Source: Patescibacteria group bacterium
Lineage (GTDB): Bacteria > Patescibacteriota > Microgenomatia > Daviesbacterales > UBA10151
Length of the DNA: 40,028 bases
Direction: 5' to 3'
Assembly (NCBI GenBank): GCA_018816815.1
Contig: JAHIVD010000019.1
Location: 1-40,028, forward strand
Made by a program: the position numbers and the translations under genes. Positions within the stretch are counted from its first letter, which is position 1. Each line of letters begins with the position of its first letter. The notes under the pieces are model-generated. The model was given only the letters and a program-made list of their open reading frames with translations. It did not search any database and was not told the origin of the DNA. Below are positions 1 through 8,985 of this stretch, one piece after another.

Positions 1-127
1 CCGGATGTTTGAGAAGATATTCTTGATTCAAAGGCAGATTCCCTCCTAAAAGGTTCTGCCTTTAATCATATCAGCCTCGATTTATTTAAATCAAATTTGA
101 GGTATAATTATTTCGCTACAAGTTTAA

Positions 128-147
128 TGTATACATCTGCTGTATAC
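128..147 (+). promoter_or_regulatory. Candidate operator: two TGTATAC copies (128-134, 141-147) between a TATAAT hexamer (103-108) and the antitoxin start codon
   Basis: Direct reading of the sequence. Each heptamer contains the palindrome GTATAC, spacing is 13 bp, and the position fits autoregulation by an RHH antitoxin. Confidence 0.3.
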
Positions 148-154
148 TATTAAC

Positions 155-385
155 ATGTTCAGAACTCAAATTTATATCCCTGAAACTACCCATCAACAGG
201 CTAAAAGATTAGCCGGCCAACTGAATCAAACTCTGACCGAGTTGCTTCGCCGGCTAATTATAACCGGTCTTGAGGAAGAAAAGAAAAAGGTTAAACCTAA
301 AAAACTCTCCTCTTTAGCAAAACTCAACATTAAAAGCGGACCTAAGGATCTTTCTAGCAAATTAGATTTTTATCTCTATCGCTAA
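155..385 (+). CDS. Ribbon-helix-helix (CopG/VapB-like) antitoxin
   Basis: 76 aa. The N-terminal strand-helix-helix pattern (RTQIYIPETTHQQAKRLAGQLNQTLTELLRRLI) is RHH-like. Its stop overlaps the start of the downstream PIN gene (TAATG). Confidence 0.65.
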   Translation: MFRTQIYIPETTHQQAKRLAGQLNQTLTELLRRLIITGLEEEKKKVKPKKLSSLAKLNIKSGPKDLSSKLDFYLYR

Positions 386-879
386 TGGCTAATCTGAGTA
401 AATATTTATCTGGTAAATTCTTGCTCGACCCGATTACTTCAAATCAAAAAACTCCAATGGTTTTAGATATTTTATTAGATGCCGATGCCTTAGTAGCCTT
501 GTCTAAAACAGATGACACTAATCATTCCAAAGCTATTCAAATCAGTAATTACTTACAAGAAAAAGGTGCGATTTTTTATATCTCCCCTTTTACTATTTCA
601 GAGGTTGTCACTGTCTTAAGTTACAAAGTTTCACATCAAGCTGCCAAAAAATTTTTAAAAGAAGTTCGTAAATTAGCCTTACCCCTACTCCAGCTCCCCA
701 AAGAATCCATTACTTTAGCTGATGATTGGTTTATAAAACAAAGTTCAAAAAAGAGAATTTCATATCATGATTGCTACAATATGGCCCTGCTGGATAAATA
801 TCAAAATCAGCTGCAAGTCATCTTCAGCTTTGATCAAATTTACAAAAAAAATGGGTTTACCCTGGCTCAACTACCATAA
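385..879 (+). CDS. PIN-domain toxin (VapC-like)
   Basis: Acidic residues sit in PIN-like contexts (LLDADALVAL, ISEVV, HDCYNMALL) and the gene is paired with an upstream RHH gene. The true start may be Met25 at nt 457 (MVLDILLDAD). Confidence 0.7.
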   Translation: MANLSKYLSGKFLLDPITSNQKTPMVLDILLDADALVALSKTDDTNHSKAIQISNYLQEKGAIFYISPFTISEVVTVLSYKVSHQAAKKFLKEVRKLALPLLQLPKESITLADDWFIKQSSKKRISYHDCYNMALLDKYQNQLQVIFSFDQIYKKNGFTLAQLP

Positions 880-905
880 GAAAGATTAAAAAGGATTAAA
901 CGCTA

Positions 906-3134
906 TTATATTATATTGAGTTCATCCATTTCTCCCCAATTTTTCCCTATTTTAAGATCAACTACTACTGGCACAGACAGTTTAAGAGCATTTTCCATCT
1001 TAGCTTTCACCATTCTTGCTACTTCATTAACATACTTAGTGTCGCATTCAAAAAGCAGCTCATCGTGAACTTGAAGGATCATAGAGCATGACCCCTTTAT
1101 CGCAGATCGTTCGTTGTTCGTTGGTTTTTTTCCTTTACTCTGAACTAATCCCTTATTAATTTCCACCATCGCCTTTTTAATCATATCAGCTGCTGAGCCC
1201 TGAACAGGCATATTAACAGCAGCCCGTTCTCCTGCTGAGGAAATCATTCTATTGCTGGCTTTTAATTCCGGAATATACCTTCTCCTGCCCCAAAGTGTTT
1301 CAACATAACCTTTCTCATGGCCAAAAGCTAGTATTTTTTGCATCCAATTTTTCACTTCAGGAAACTGCTCAAAATACTCAGCTATATATTGCCGGGCTAC
1401 GCTGTATTCTACTCCCAGCTGACGGGACAGTGCATGCGGACCCTGACCATAAAGCATAGCAAAATTCATAGTCTTACCTACCATTCGCTGTTTTTTTGTG
1501 ATTTGCCCAACAGGAACTTTAAATATCTTAGCTGCAGTAGCCGCATGAATGTCTAATCCTTCATTAAAAGCTTTTTTTAAACCCGGGTCATCTGCCAAAT
1601 GTGCCATTATCCTAAGCTCAATTTGGGAATAATCAGCTCCCAGTAGAATTTTCCCTTTCGGAGCAACAAACGCACGTCTTATCTCTCCTCCCAACGAACC
1701 TTTAACCGGAATATTTTGCAAATTAGGATCTTTTGAAGAAAGTCTTCCTGTAGCAGCTCCCTCTACATTAAAAGTAGAATGGATCCTGCCATTATTTTCA
1801 ACAAACTTTGGCAGACTATCTATATAAGTTGAAACTAGTTTAAATAGTTGTCTGTATTGGAGCAGAAGCGGCACAACAGGATGAGCGGGAGATAGTTCTT
1901 GCAAAGTCTTTTCATCTGTTGAACGCCCGGTTTTAGTTTTTCTAATAACAGGCAGTTTTAGTTCATCAAAAAGCACTTGTGATAACTGCTTTGGACTGTT
2001 CAGATTTAACTGATGTCCTACTTTTGAGTAAATATCTTCTTCTAGCTTGGCTAATTTGCCTTTTAGTTCCTTACCAAACTTATCTAAAAACTTAAGATCA
2101 ATAAGCATGCCTGTTTCTGTCATTTTCCTTAGAACTAGTACAACTTTCGCATCCAATCTGGCAGCTAAATTTGAAGTTCTCTGGTGTGGTAAGTTAACAG
2201 AATCTTTTAATAGGTTAGATTTACTAATCGAGCGTTTTTTTGTGTTCTGACGAACTGTTCCCTGAATGACGCCTGGTAATCTGACAATTAAACTTTTAAA
2301 CTCCAACTCCTCGAACAACTTCACTACTTCTTCTTTATCAAAATCCTGCATCACACAGGCCGGAAGATTTAATTTAATAGGTGCTTTCAGATCTAACGTA
2401 GCTAATTTCTTACTCATCACAGCAGATTCTGCGCCTTCTGACAACAGTTTTTGTATTCTTTTTGGAAGGGTTTTTAAATTCTCAGGTTTATAAATTTCTT
2501 CAATACAGCCAAATTGGTGAATCAATTTAGTAGCTGTTACATCTCCAACTCCAGCAACGCCCGGAATATTATCTGATGAATCTCCTGCCAAACCTTTGTA
2601 ATCAGTAAGCTGTTTAGGGAAAAACCCGTATTTAACTACAAACTCCTCTACTCCGTAGAGTCCCACATCAGAAAGAGTCTTTTTAGGCATAAATACTTTA
2701 ATGTTTTTATCAATAAGCTGCGTAATATCTTTATCTCCGGTTACAATAATAATTTCCAAATCTTTTTCTTTTTGTGCCTGCAAAGCTAAAGTTCCAATCA
2801 AATCATCTGCTTCGTAACCTGAAACTTTAAATTCCGGAATATTAAAAGCCAAGGACACCTCATGAACTCTTTTATATTGACCGGATAAACCCTCATCAGT
2901 TGGCCCACGCGTTGCTTTGTATTGAGTATATGCTTGGTGCCTGAATGTTGGTCCTTTTTCATCCCAAGCGATAGCTAAGTATTCAGGATGCAGTTTATCA
3001 AGCACTTTTAAAACCATCGAGGAAAAGCCGTAAACAGCATTTACCAATTCCCCTTTTGAAGTAGTAAAAGGCGGAGTAGCATGATAAGCTCGGTGAAGCA
3101 AAGCATTACCATCAACTAAAACCAAGCGTTTCAT
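906..3134 (-). CDS. polA: DNA polymerase I: 5' nuclease domain plus family A polymerase domain, with no 3'-5' exonuclease domain
   Basis: The N-terminus (MKRLVLVDGNALLHRAYHA, GYEADDLIG) is a FEN-like 5' nuclease. Pol A motifs are present: DYSQIELR, KTMNFAMLYG, QVHDELLFE. Only about 50 aa link the two domains. Confidence 0.95.
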   Translation of the reverse strand: MKRLVLVDGNALLHRAYHATPPFTTSKGELVNAVYGFSSMVLKVLDKLHPEYLAIAWDEKGPTFRHQAYTQYKATRGPTDEGLSGQYKRVHEVSLAFNIPEFKVSGYEADDLIGTLALQAQKEKDLEIIIVTGDKDITQLIDKNIKVFMPKKTLSDVGLYGVEEFVVKYGFFPKQLTDYKGLAGDSSDNIPGVAGVGDVTATKLIHQFGCIEEIYKPENLKTLPKRIQKLLSEGAESAVMSKKLATLDLKAPIKLNLPACVMQDFDKEEVVKLFEELEFKSLIVRLPGVIQGTVRQNTKKRSISKSNLLKDSVNLPHQRTSNLAARLDAKVVLVLRKMTETGMLIDLKFLDKFGKELKGKLAKLEEDIYSKVGHQLNLNSPKQLSQVLFDELKLPVIRKTKTGRSTDEKTLQELSPAHPVVPLLLQYRQLFKLVSTYIDSLPKFVENNGRIHSTFNVEGAATGRLSSKDPNLQNIPVKGSLGGEIRRAFVAPKGKILLGADYSQIELRIMAHLADDPGLKKAFNEGLDIHAATAAKIFKVPVGQITKKQRMVGKTMNFAMLYGQGPHALSRQLGVEYSVARQYIAEYFEQFPEVKNWMQKILAFGHEKGYVETLWGRRRYIPELKASNRMISSAGERAAVNMPVQGSAADMIKKAMVEINKGLVQSKGKKPTNNERSAIKGSCSMILQVHDELLFECDTKYVNEVARMVKAKMENALKLSVPVVVDLKIGKNWGEMDELNII

Positions 3135-3152
3135 GACTAAATTCTAACATAA

Positions 3153-4163
3153 TCACCTAAAAAGAGTCTCTGCGTACTGCAAATATTCGGGATAGCCACT
3201 GTAGGCCATGAAATACCACCACTCCACGCCCCACAAGTATATCTCATCAAAACCCGTCTTCCTTGCATAATCCAGATAGGATTTCATTTTATCCGACGGG
3301 AATTGTTTTAATTGTTTGTTTAAATTTCGGGTCAAATCCCCGCCTGACAACCACGGTTCTGCCTGCAACTCTACAATGATTGTTTTCTGATTATTAGGGG
3401 CGAAAATTCTCACTATTTGGGATTTTATATTATAGAGATAAGGCAGGAATGGGAAGCTAAAATAACCAATCACCGGATTATAAACAGTCCGGTAAAGGGT
3501 GGTCCCGAAAACATCAGAAGTTTGCATTGGTACAATCCAAGCCCCCGGTTCTCCCGCATCAGAAACAATAATCGTCTTATTGCTTAAACTTTTGACTAGA
3601 TTAATTTCTGTTTTCAAGAATTTTTCATCTCCCGGATCACAATTTTCACCAAAAAATGGTAAAAATGGCTCATTTTCTACTTGCCAGGCCCAAACCGCAG
3701 GATGATCCTTATATTTTTCGACGGTTCTTTGAATAAATTCCAAAAGCCTTTGCTGTCTATCTTGTAGCTTTAAACTTTTTGCCCAAGTAGGAATTTGGCA
3801 TTCGGGCCAACGGGGCTGCTTTTCACCTAAAACCAAGATTACTTTTGCTCCACTCCTACCTGCTTCATCCAGCATAAAATCTACCTCCGAGAAATCATAT
3901 TTACCCTGATCTTTCTCTACAACATCCCAATAACCAGGCACTCTCAAATTCCGAACCTCAAGTTCATCCAGTATCCTAACATAGGTCTTTTTCCAATCTA
4001 GCTTCAAGGAACTGGCGTATCCCGGAGAAAAAGTTACCCCATATTCAATTTTTGAGGGGAATTGATAAGTTGAATTAAAAACAAATTCTCCCAAAAAAAT
4101 CAAAATAATGAAAGAAAAAATTAAGACAATCAGAGTCTTTAAGGCAGATCTAAATTTAGTCAT
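3153..4163 (-). CDS. Membrane-anchored glycoside hydrolase, clan GH-A TIM-barrel type (family uncertain)
   Basis: N-terminal TM helix. WQVENEPF resembles the NEP acid/base motif and VELQAEPW is a candidate nucleophile strand. Confidence 0.5.
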   Translation of the reverse strand: MTKFRSALKTLIVLIFSFIILIFLGEFVFNSTYQFPSKIEYGVTFSPGYASSLKLDWKKTYVRILDELEVRNLRVPGYWDVVEKDQGKYDFSEVDFMLDEAGRSGAKVILVLGEKQPRWPECQIPTWAKSLKLQDRQQRLLEFIQRTVEKYKDHPAVWAWQVENEPFLPFFGENCDPGDEKFLKTEINLVKSLSNKTIIVSDAGEPGAWIVPMQTSDVFGTTLYRTVYNPVIGYFSFPFLPYLYNIKSQIVRIFAPNNQKTIIVELQAEPWLSGGDLTRNLNKQLKQFPSDKMKSYLDYARKTGFDEIYLWGVEWWYFMAYSGYPEYLQYAETLFR

Positions 4164-4193
4164 ATAACTACTATAGCTTTTTTACCCTGAAGA

Positions 4194-5306
4194 TTAAATA
4201 CTTTTTGGTCTTTTTAACCGGTCAAAAATTCCAGAAATTATGTGCGCTACAGCTTTATGCCTATAATCAACAATACCTCCATGATCCGCATGTCTGGTGC
4301 CAACTAAAAATACCACATTCTCAGCTTTAGACAACAAAGTTTGTTTTAGGTATTGCTGCCTGGCTCTGGTTAAACTTGCCATCTCTTTTCTGCTTTGATA
4401 GGCCTTCTTATGCCTCTCAATATAATTTTCCCTAGTACCATACTTAGTCTTCCGCTTTTCATCCATCCCATCCCATTTTCTACCTATCTCATCAATTAAT
4501 TCTTCTTCTGTCTGAGGAGGCTGCATACTTTCAACTTCAGACTGAGGAAGATATTTTCTTAGATCAGAAACTAAATCCCTATCTGTTACCATTATCACTA
4601 CCGGAGCTTTAATCTCCGCCAGATAAGGATTAATATTTACTAAATTTTTCATTTGATTTAGCAACATCTTTGGATATCTAACCCCGGCAAAAGCAATATC
4701 TCTTAAAAGACTCTGCACGAATTGCGTCTTTAAGCCTTTTGGGTTATCAACTCCTGCTTTCTCACGTTCTTGACCACTGACCCCAAATACATCAAAAAGA
4801 AAATCTTTTACTAACTGCACCCTGCTTCTTTTATCCATACCCATGGGATTTAATAAAACAACACCATTAACTCCTATACCAGGACATTGTTCCTGGAGAA
4901 TAACAGCCAAATCAACAGCTCTGATTGCACCTTCCGAGTGACCAACTATTGTAACTCCGTTAAGGCCTTGTTCTCCTAGAAATTCGGCTATTCCTGCTGA
5001 TTCCAAACGCAAAGAATCTGGTCCAAACTCTCTGACTCTGGTATAAATACTAAATGTTTTTGCCCCAGTCCCCTCAGCAAGGCTTTGTGGTAAAGGGTAT
5101 GTAATTGGTTTATCAGCTTTCCATGGCCAACCGGGTAAAAATATCACTGCTTTAGCAGGATCAAATTTCTCTCTTTCTTCATCAGTAAAACGAGGAGGTG
5201 TAAATTCCGTACAAAATACGCTCACTGTGTGCCCGTCAACAAGTATATCCTGCGTTAAAGGCGAAGGCTTAATTTCTACAGGTGACCCCCCTTCAACACT
5301 TTCCAT
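4194..5306 (-). CDS. Alpha/beta hydrolase fold protein
   Basis: GHSEGA matches the GxSxG nucleophile elbow in an alpha/beta-like context. The basic C-terminal region of about 100 aa is unassigned. Confidence 0.55.
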   Translation of the reverse strand: MESVEGGSPVEIKPSPLTQDILVDGHTVSVFCTEFTPPRFTDEEREKFDPAKAVIFLPGWPWKADKPITYPLPQSLAEGTGAKTFSIYTRVREFGPDSLRLESAGIAEFLGEQGLNGVTIVGHSEGAIRAVDLAVILQEQCPGIGVNGVVLLNPMGMDKRSRVQLVKDFLFDVFGVSGQEREKAGVDNPKGLKTQFVQSLLRDIAFAGVRYPKMLLNQMKNLVNINPYLAEIKAPVVIMVTDRDLVSDLRKYLPQSEVESMQPPQTEEELIDEIGRKWDGMDEKRKTKYGTRENYIERHKKAYQSRKEMASLTRARQQYLKQTLLSKAENVVFLVGTRHADHGGIVDYRHKAVAHIISGIFDRLKRPKSI

Positions 5307-5400
5307 ACTTATATCTTACCAAATTAAGCCTTATCTGGGATTACCAAGGTATACACTCCTCTTCTTTAAGACAAAAGCCTCAATGAAAGCAAGGTCAACT

Positions 5401-5841
5401 TTATTGCTTGCCATCTTTTTTACTAATCCACAAAAAAACCACCATGCTATAAGCAATCAAAAACACAGCTTCCAGCAAAAGGTATTGATTGTAAAAAGGA
5501 AACCAAACATAAAGTGAAGATAAACTATTAAAAGCTTGCGAAAAATCTTTGGATAGACTTATAAATATTAACAAAAAACCATAAAACAGTGCCCATAATC
5601 CGCTTGTCTTAATTACGGGCTGATATTTTTCAATATTTTTTTGTACCTCAAATGCTAGTATGACCATAAACAGAAAACACGAGCCCAGAAACTGATTGAT
5701 TAATCTAGCATAACTTACAGCAGAATCCGGCCAGACAGTTTCTACCGAATATAATCTAATGTTAAAAAGATATAGTACAGCTTCCAAAAATAGATAGATT
5801 CCCCCACCAATAAGAAATCCTCTTAGGATATTTTTGTACAT
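5401..5841 (-). CDS. Small integral membrane protein (about 4 TM helices), function unknown
   Basis: Hydrophobic segments run through the whole 146-aa ORF. Confidence 0.45.
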   Translation of the reverse strand: MYKNILRGFLIGGGIYLFLEAVLYLFNIRLYSVETVWPDSAVSYARLINQFLGSCFLFMVILAFEVQKNIEKYQPVIKTSGLWALFYGFLLIFISLSKDFSQAFNSLSSLYVWFPFYNQYLLLEAVFLIAYSMVVFLWISKKDGKQ

Positions 5842-5902
5842 TTTATTGATTTTAGCAGATATTTGCTTCTATCTCAAAGCTTTAGATATAATCAGTATAT
5901 TT

Positions 5903-6459
5903 CCTCGCAGCTTGCTGCGGGGGGGGTAATGGACGGATAGGGTAAAATGATTCTGTGACAAAAAGTTTTCATATACTCAAGCATCACAACAAAAATCTAA
6001 TGCTCTAGCATTTGGTTTGTCCGGCTAAATACCGAAGGAAAGTATTTTCAGAACAAGTTAAGAATACCCTGAAACAGATTTGTCTTGAGATTTCAGGAAG
6101 ATATGAAGTTAAGTATGTTGAAATTGGAACAGACTAAGATCATGTACATTTTCTGATTCAGTCTATACCAACGATGAGGCCAAAAACTATTATTCAGATA
6201 ACAAAAAACATTACAGCCAGGGAGATATTTAAGATCCATCCTGAGGTAAAACAAATGCTTTGGGGTGGACAATTCTGGACTAATGGATATTACATCAATA
6301 CGGTTGGACAATCAGACAATGAAGAAGCAATACGGAACTATGTTGAAAACCAGGGAAAGGAATACAAACAAATCTACCGCGGTCAACTTGAAATGTTTGA
6401 GGGTTTACCTTAAACTTAAGGTTAATGTGTTAACTACCTCGCAGCAAGCTGCGAGGTAG
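5903..6459 (+). mobile_element. IS200/IS605-type (RAYT-like) element remnant bounded by inverted palindromic hairpins
   Basis: Left hairpin at 5903-5922 (CCTCGCAGC TT GCTGCGGGG). Right hairpin at 6434-6459 (CTACCTCGCAGC AA GCTGCGAGGTAG, a perfect 12-bp stem). The two are reverse complements of each other and flank a Y1-transposase-like frame. Confidence 0.7.
6000..6413 (+). pseudogene. tnpA: IS200-family Y1 (HUH) transposase tnpA, full length (137 codons) but with two in-frame stops
   Basis: One frame reads ML*HLVCPAKYRRKVF...EIGTD*DHVHFLIQSIP...LWGGQFWTNGYYINTVG, which contains the IS200 hallmarks (KYRR, HUH-type DHVHFL, FW..GYY..TVG). TAG at 6006-6008 replaces the conserved Tyr. TAA is at 6135-6137. 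Confidence 0.8.
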
Positions 6460-6494
6460 TTCATTAAGGTTTATTCTGGAAACTTTGACAAATT

Positions 6495-7664
6495 ATGAAA
6501 ATCGCATACTTTACGGATAATTATTACCCCCAGCTAAGCGGAATCGCTACCTCTGTTTATCAGTTTGCCCGAAGTTTGAGAAAAAAAGGGCATACGGTTT
6601 ATATCTTTGCTCCTAAAATAGAAGGTTATACGGATCGCGAAAAAAATGTTTATCGCCTGCCCTCAATTAGAATCTTTCCACATCTGCCCGAGGGAGCAAG
6701 ATTCCCCCTGCCTATCCCAAACAAGAATTTTCGCAGTATGTTGAAGTTTAATTTCGACATAGTACACGCTCATGGTAACGGTGCGTTTTCTCTTTTGGGA
6801 TTGGCTGTAGCTCGAGCCAAAAAGATACCCTATGTATTAACTTTCCATACTCAAATGGAAAGATTTGCTCATTATTTTTTAAAAGGCAAAGTTGTCAAAC
6901 CAAAGTTCATAAATGACGTCTTCCTAAAAAGACTAGGTAACATATCCGATTCAGTAATTGCTCCTTCGCAAAAAATGAAAGATCAACTAATTACTAATAA
7001 TGTCAAAAAAGACATCAAAGTCGTCCCCAATTTTGTAGATATTGATAAATTTAGTCAGCTTGAGCCTAAGAAAGGTTTTTTGCATAAACGCTGTCATATT
7101 CCAACCTCATACCCTCTGCTTCTTGCTGTGGGCAGGGTAGGTAAGGAAAAAAACTTTGCATTCTTAATAGAAACTTTTGCCAAGGTTACTCAAGTTAACA
7201 AAAACGCTCACCTTGTAATAGTTGGTCCTGACTGGGGTGAGATGAAAAGATTAAAAAATCAAGCTGCCGAACTAGACGTTAAAAGTAGGGTTCATTTGAC
7301 AGGAGGAATTGATATTGATCAAATGCCAAATGTTTATGCTGATGCAAGTATCTTTGTCTTTCCCTCAACTTCAGAAGTCCATCCATTAGTGACAATTGAA
7401 GCAGCTGTCTCCGGATTACCACTCATTGTGGCCAAAGATCCGGCGTACAAAGGGATAGTCATAAATAATAAGAATGGTTTCGTTGTTCCACTAGACCAGG
7501 ATATTTTTGCCAGAAAAATTATCTACCTTCTCGATCATCCCAAGCTATGTCAAACAATGAGCAAAAATTCAACAAGATTAATTAGAAAGAATTTGAATCC
7601 AGAATTCTTGACCAATAAACTAGTAAATTTTTACCAAGATACACTCAAAAATTATAAATCCTAA
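6495..7664 (+). CDS. Glycosyltransferase family 4 (GT-B fold, group 1)
   Basis: The N-terminus (MKIAYFTDNYYPQLSGIATSV) and C-terminal region (VFPSTSEVHPLVTIEAAVSGLPLI) are typical of GT4 enzymes. Confidence 0.85.
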   Translation: MKIAYFTDNYYPQLSGIATSVYQFARSLRKKGHTVYIFAPKIEGYTDREKNVYRLPSIRIFPHLPEGARFPLPIPNKNFRSMLKFNFDIVHAHGNGAFSLLGLAVARAKKIPYVLTFHTQMERFAHYFLKGKVVKPKFINDVFLKRLGNISDSVIAPSQKMKDQLITNNVKKDIKVVPNFVDIDKFSQLEPKKGFLHKRCHIPTSYPLLLAVGRVGKEKNFAFLIETFAKVTQVNKNAHLVIVGPDWGEMKRLKNQAAELDVKSRVHLTGGIDIDQMPNVYADASIFVFPSTSEVHPLVTIEAAVSGLPLIVAKDPAYKGIVINNKNGFVVPLDQDIFARKIIYLLDHPKLCQTMSKNSTRLIRKNLNPEFLTNKLVNFYQDTLKNYKS

Positions 7665-7751
7665 ACGGAGTTATCAGCTACTCTTTGCTCACCCAATCCT
7701 CCCGAGACCACGAAGCGAAACGAGTCAAGCTCTTCCTTCAAGATTCTAATG

Positions 7752-8519
7752 TTATGTAAACATAAGCGTTTTTATAAATGTTTTTACCGGTCTGATAAAA
7801 TACACTCCAAATACAATCGTTACATAACAAGTAGTAACTGCAAGATATAATATTTTTGACGTTTGAGTATCTATAATCGGCAATAATAAAACAACCGCAA
7901 GAGCTGATAATTGCAGTAAAATCAATTTATTCCCTGAATAAAAGCGCAAAATCGGTCTTGCACTCCACCCTCCATCTTCCATCTCAAATCTTCTTTTTGT
8001 GCAGGCAATCCCAAAAGCAAGAAGGAAAATTGCAAATAATAATAGATAAGGCGCACTGCCTTCAACCAATAAAGCTCCCATAAAAAATCTTAAGGGATGA
8101 GTGGCGGCATTAGTAATAAGTTCCAAATATGGAATTTTTTTAGCAACGAGAGTATAAAACAAATTTAAGACTAAAAAAATAGAATACATCTGCACAATCG
8201 GGGCGCTAAAAAATAACATCCCACTCAGCAACCCAAATGATATTAAAATTGCGGCAAAAATCAACGCAGAGCTTATTCTTATTTTTCCCGCCGGCAACGG
8301 TCTTGTTTTCTTCAGGGGACTTTTTTTATCTGATTCAACGTCAATAATATCATTTAAAGTATAAATCCCTCCGTATAATAAAACATTAAATGATAAATAA
8401 AGAAACAATAATGTTAAAAAAAGCGACGGAGGTATTGCCGGTGCAAAAAGCAAGGCGCCGAGAATCACCATTATAAAAGTAATATGAAACCTGGGCTTGA
8501 TAAGTTTTAGATAATCCAT
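7752..8519 (-). CDS. UbiA-superfamily prenyltransferase, similar to decaprenyl-phosphate phosphoribosyltransferase (DPPR synthase)
   Basis: NDIIDVESDKKSPLKKTRPLPAG fits NDxxDxxxD followed by RP..G. The protein is polytopic. Confidence 0.75.
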   Translation of the reverse strand: MDYLKLIKPRFHITFIMVILGALLFAPAIPPSLFLTLLFLYLSFNVLLYGGIYTLNDIIDVESDKKSPLKKTRPLPAGKIRISSALIFAAILISFGLLSGMLFFSAPIVQMYSIFLVLNLFYTLVAKKIPYLELITNAATHPLRFFMGALLVEGSAPYLLLFAIFLLAFGIACTKRRFEMEDGGWSARPILRFYSGNKLILLQLSALAVVLLLPIIDTQTSKILYLAVTTCYVTIVFGVYFIRPVKTFIKTLMFT

Positions 8520-8523
8520 TTAA

Positions 8524-8985
8524 TTATTTTAAAACCGCCTGAATGATAACGGTTATTATCGCGCCGAATAAAAACCCGCTAACTACATCAATAACGTCGT
8601 GTTTTTTTAAATAAATTCTTGAGTAACCAACGCCAAGGACAAATAACGCGCTAATGAAAATAAATAAAGGGGTAAAATACAATGAACTGACCACGATTGT
8701 AATGGCCATAATTCTTGCGCTGTGAATACTCGGAAAGCTGGCCGCAAGATATTTTTCGTACAAATTTTTATGACCCGTGGCAACGGGTCTGCTTTTATAA
8801 TACGCCAGTTTAATCCCTGCCCCAATAATCTCAACAACTATAAAGATGCTGACCAGTTTTATTAAAAGAGAGTTATGAATTTGAACAAAATAAAACGCAA
8901 CCGGGATATAAAAAACCGGTGTTCCTAATACCGTAAAACAAGAAAAAAATGTCTTTAACCAATCTTTAGAATTAAAATTTCCCAT
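8524..8985 (-). CDS. PAP2-family lipid phosphate phosphatase
   Basis: All three PAP2 motifs are present: KLAYYKSRP, PSIHS, SRIYLKKHDVID. Its start overlaps the upstream stop (TGATG). Confidence 0.8.
   Translation of the reverse strand: MGNFNSKDWLKTFFSCFTVLGTPVFYIPVAFYFVQIHNSLLIKLVSIFIVVEIIGAGIKLAYYKSRPVATGHKNLYEKYLAASFPSIHSARIMAITIVVSSLYFTPLFIFISALFVLGVGYSRIYLKKHDVIDVVSGFLFGAIITVIIQAVLK

Noticed and set aside
1338-2493. Plus-strand ORFs 1338-1556, 2047-2250 and 2266-2493
   Set aside because: They lie entirely antisense within the well-supported polA gene and are low-complexity shadow ORFs. The same reasoning applies to ORFs nested antisense or out of frame in ftsH (10479-11892), the HDAC gene (16799-17457), lysS (19134-19365), the ATPases (27186-28247 and 37020-38510), purT (35421-35729) and PAP2 (8607-8837).
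5227-5517. 96-aa plus-strand ORF bridging two minus-strand genes
   Set aside because: It overlaps the 5' end of the hydrolase gene and the 3' end of the membrane-protein gene in antisense, so it is likely spurious.
6000-6413. Stop-codon reassignment or programmed read-through to explain in-frame TAG/TAA in tnpA, and TAG as codon 2 at 21290
   Set aside because: TAG, TAA and TGA all serve as normal stops of well-conserved genes in this window (for example, ftsH and the HDAC gene end in TAG). The lesions are confined to mobile-element genes, so ordinary pseudogenisation is the simpler explanation.
6093-6459. ORFs 6093-6311 (minus) and 6265-6459 (plus)
   Set aside because: They overlap the transposase frame, whose homology-supported reading explains this region. 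The 6265 ORF runs into the terminal hairpin.
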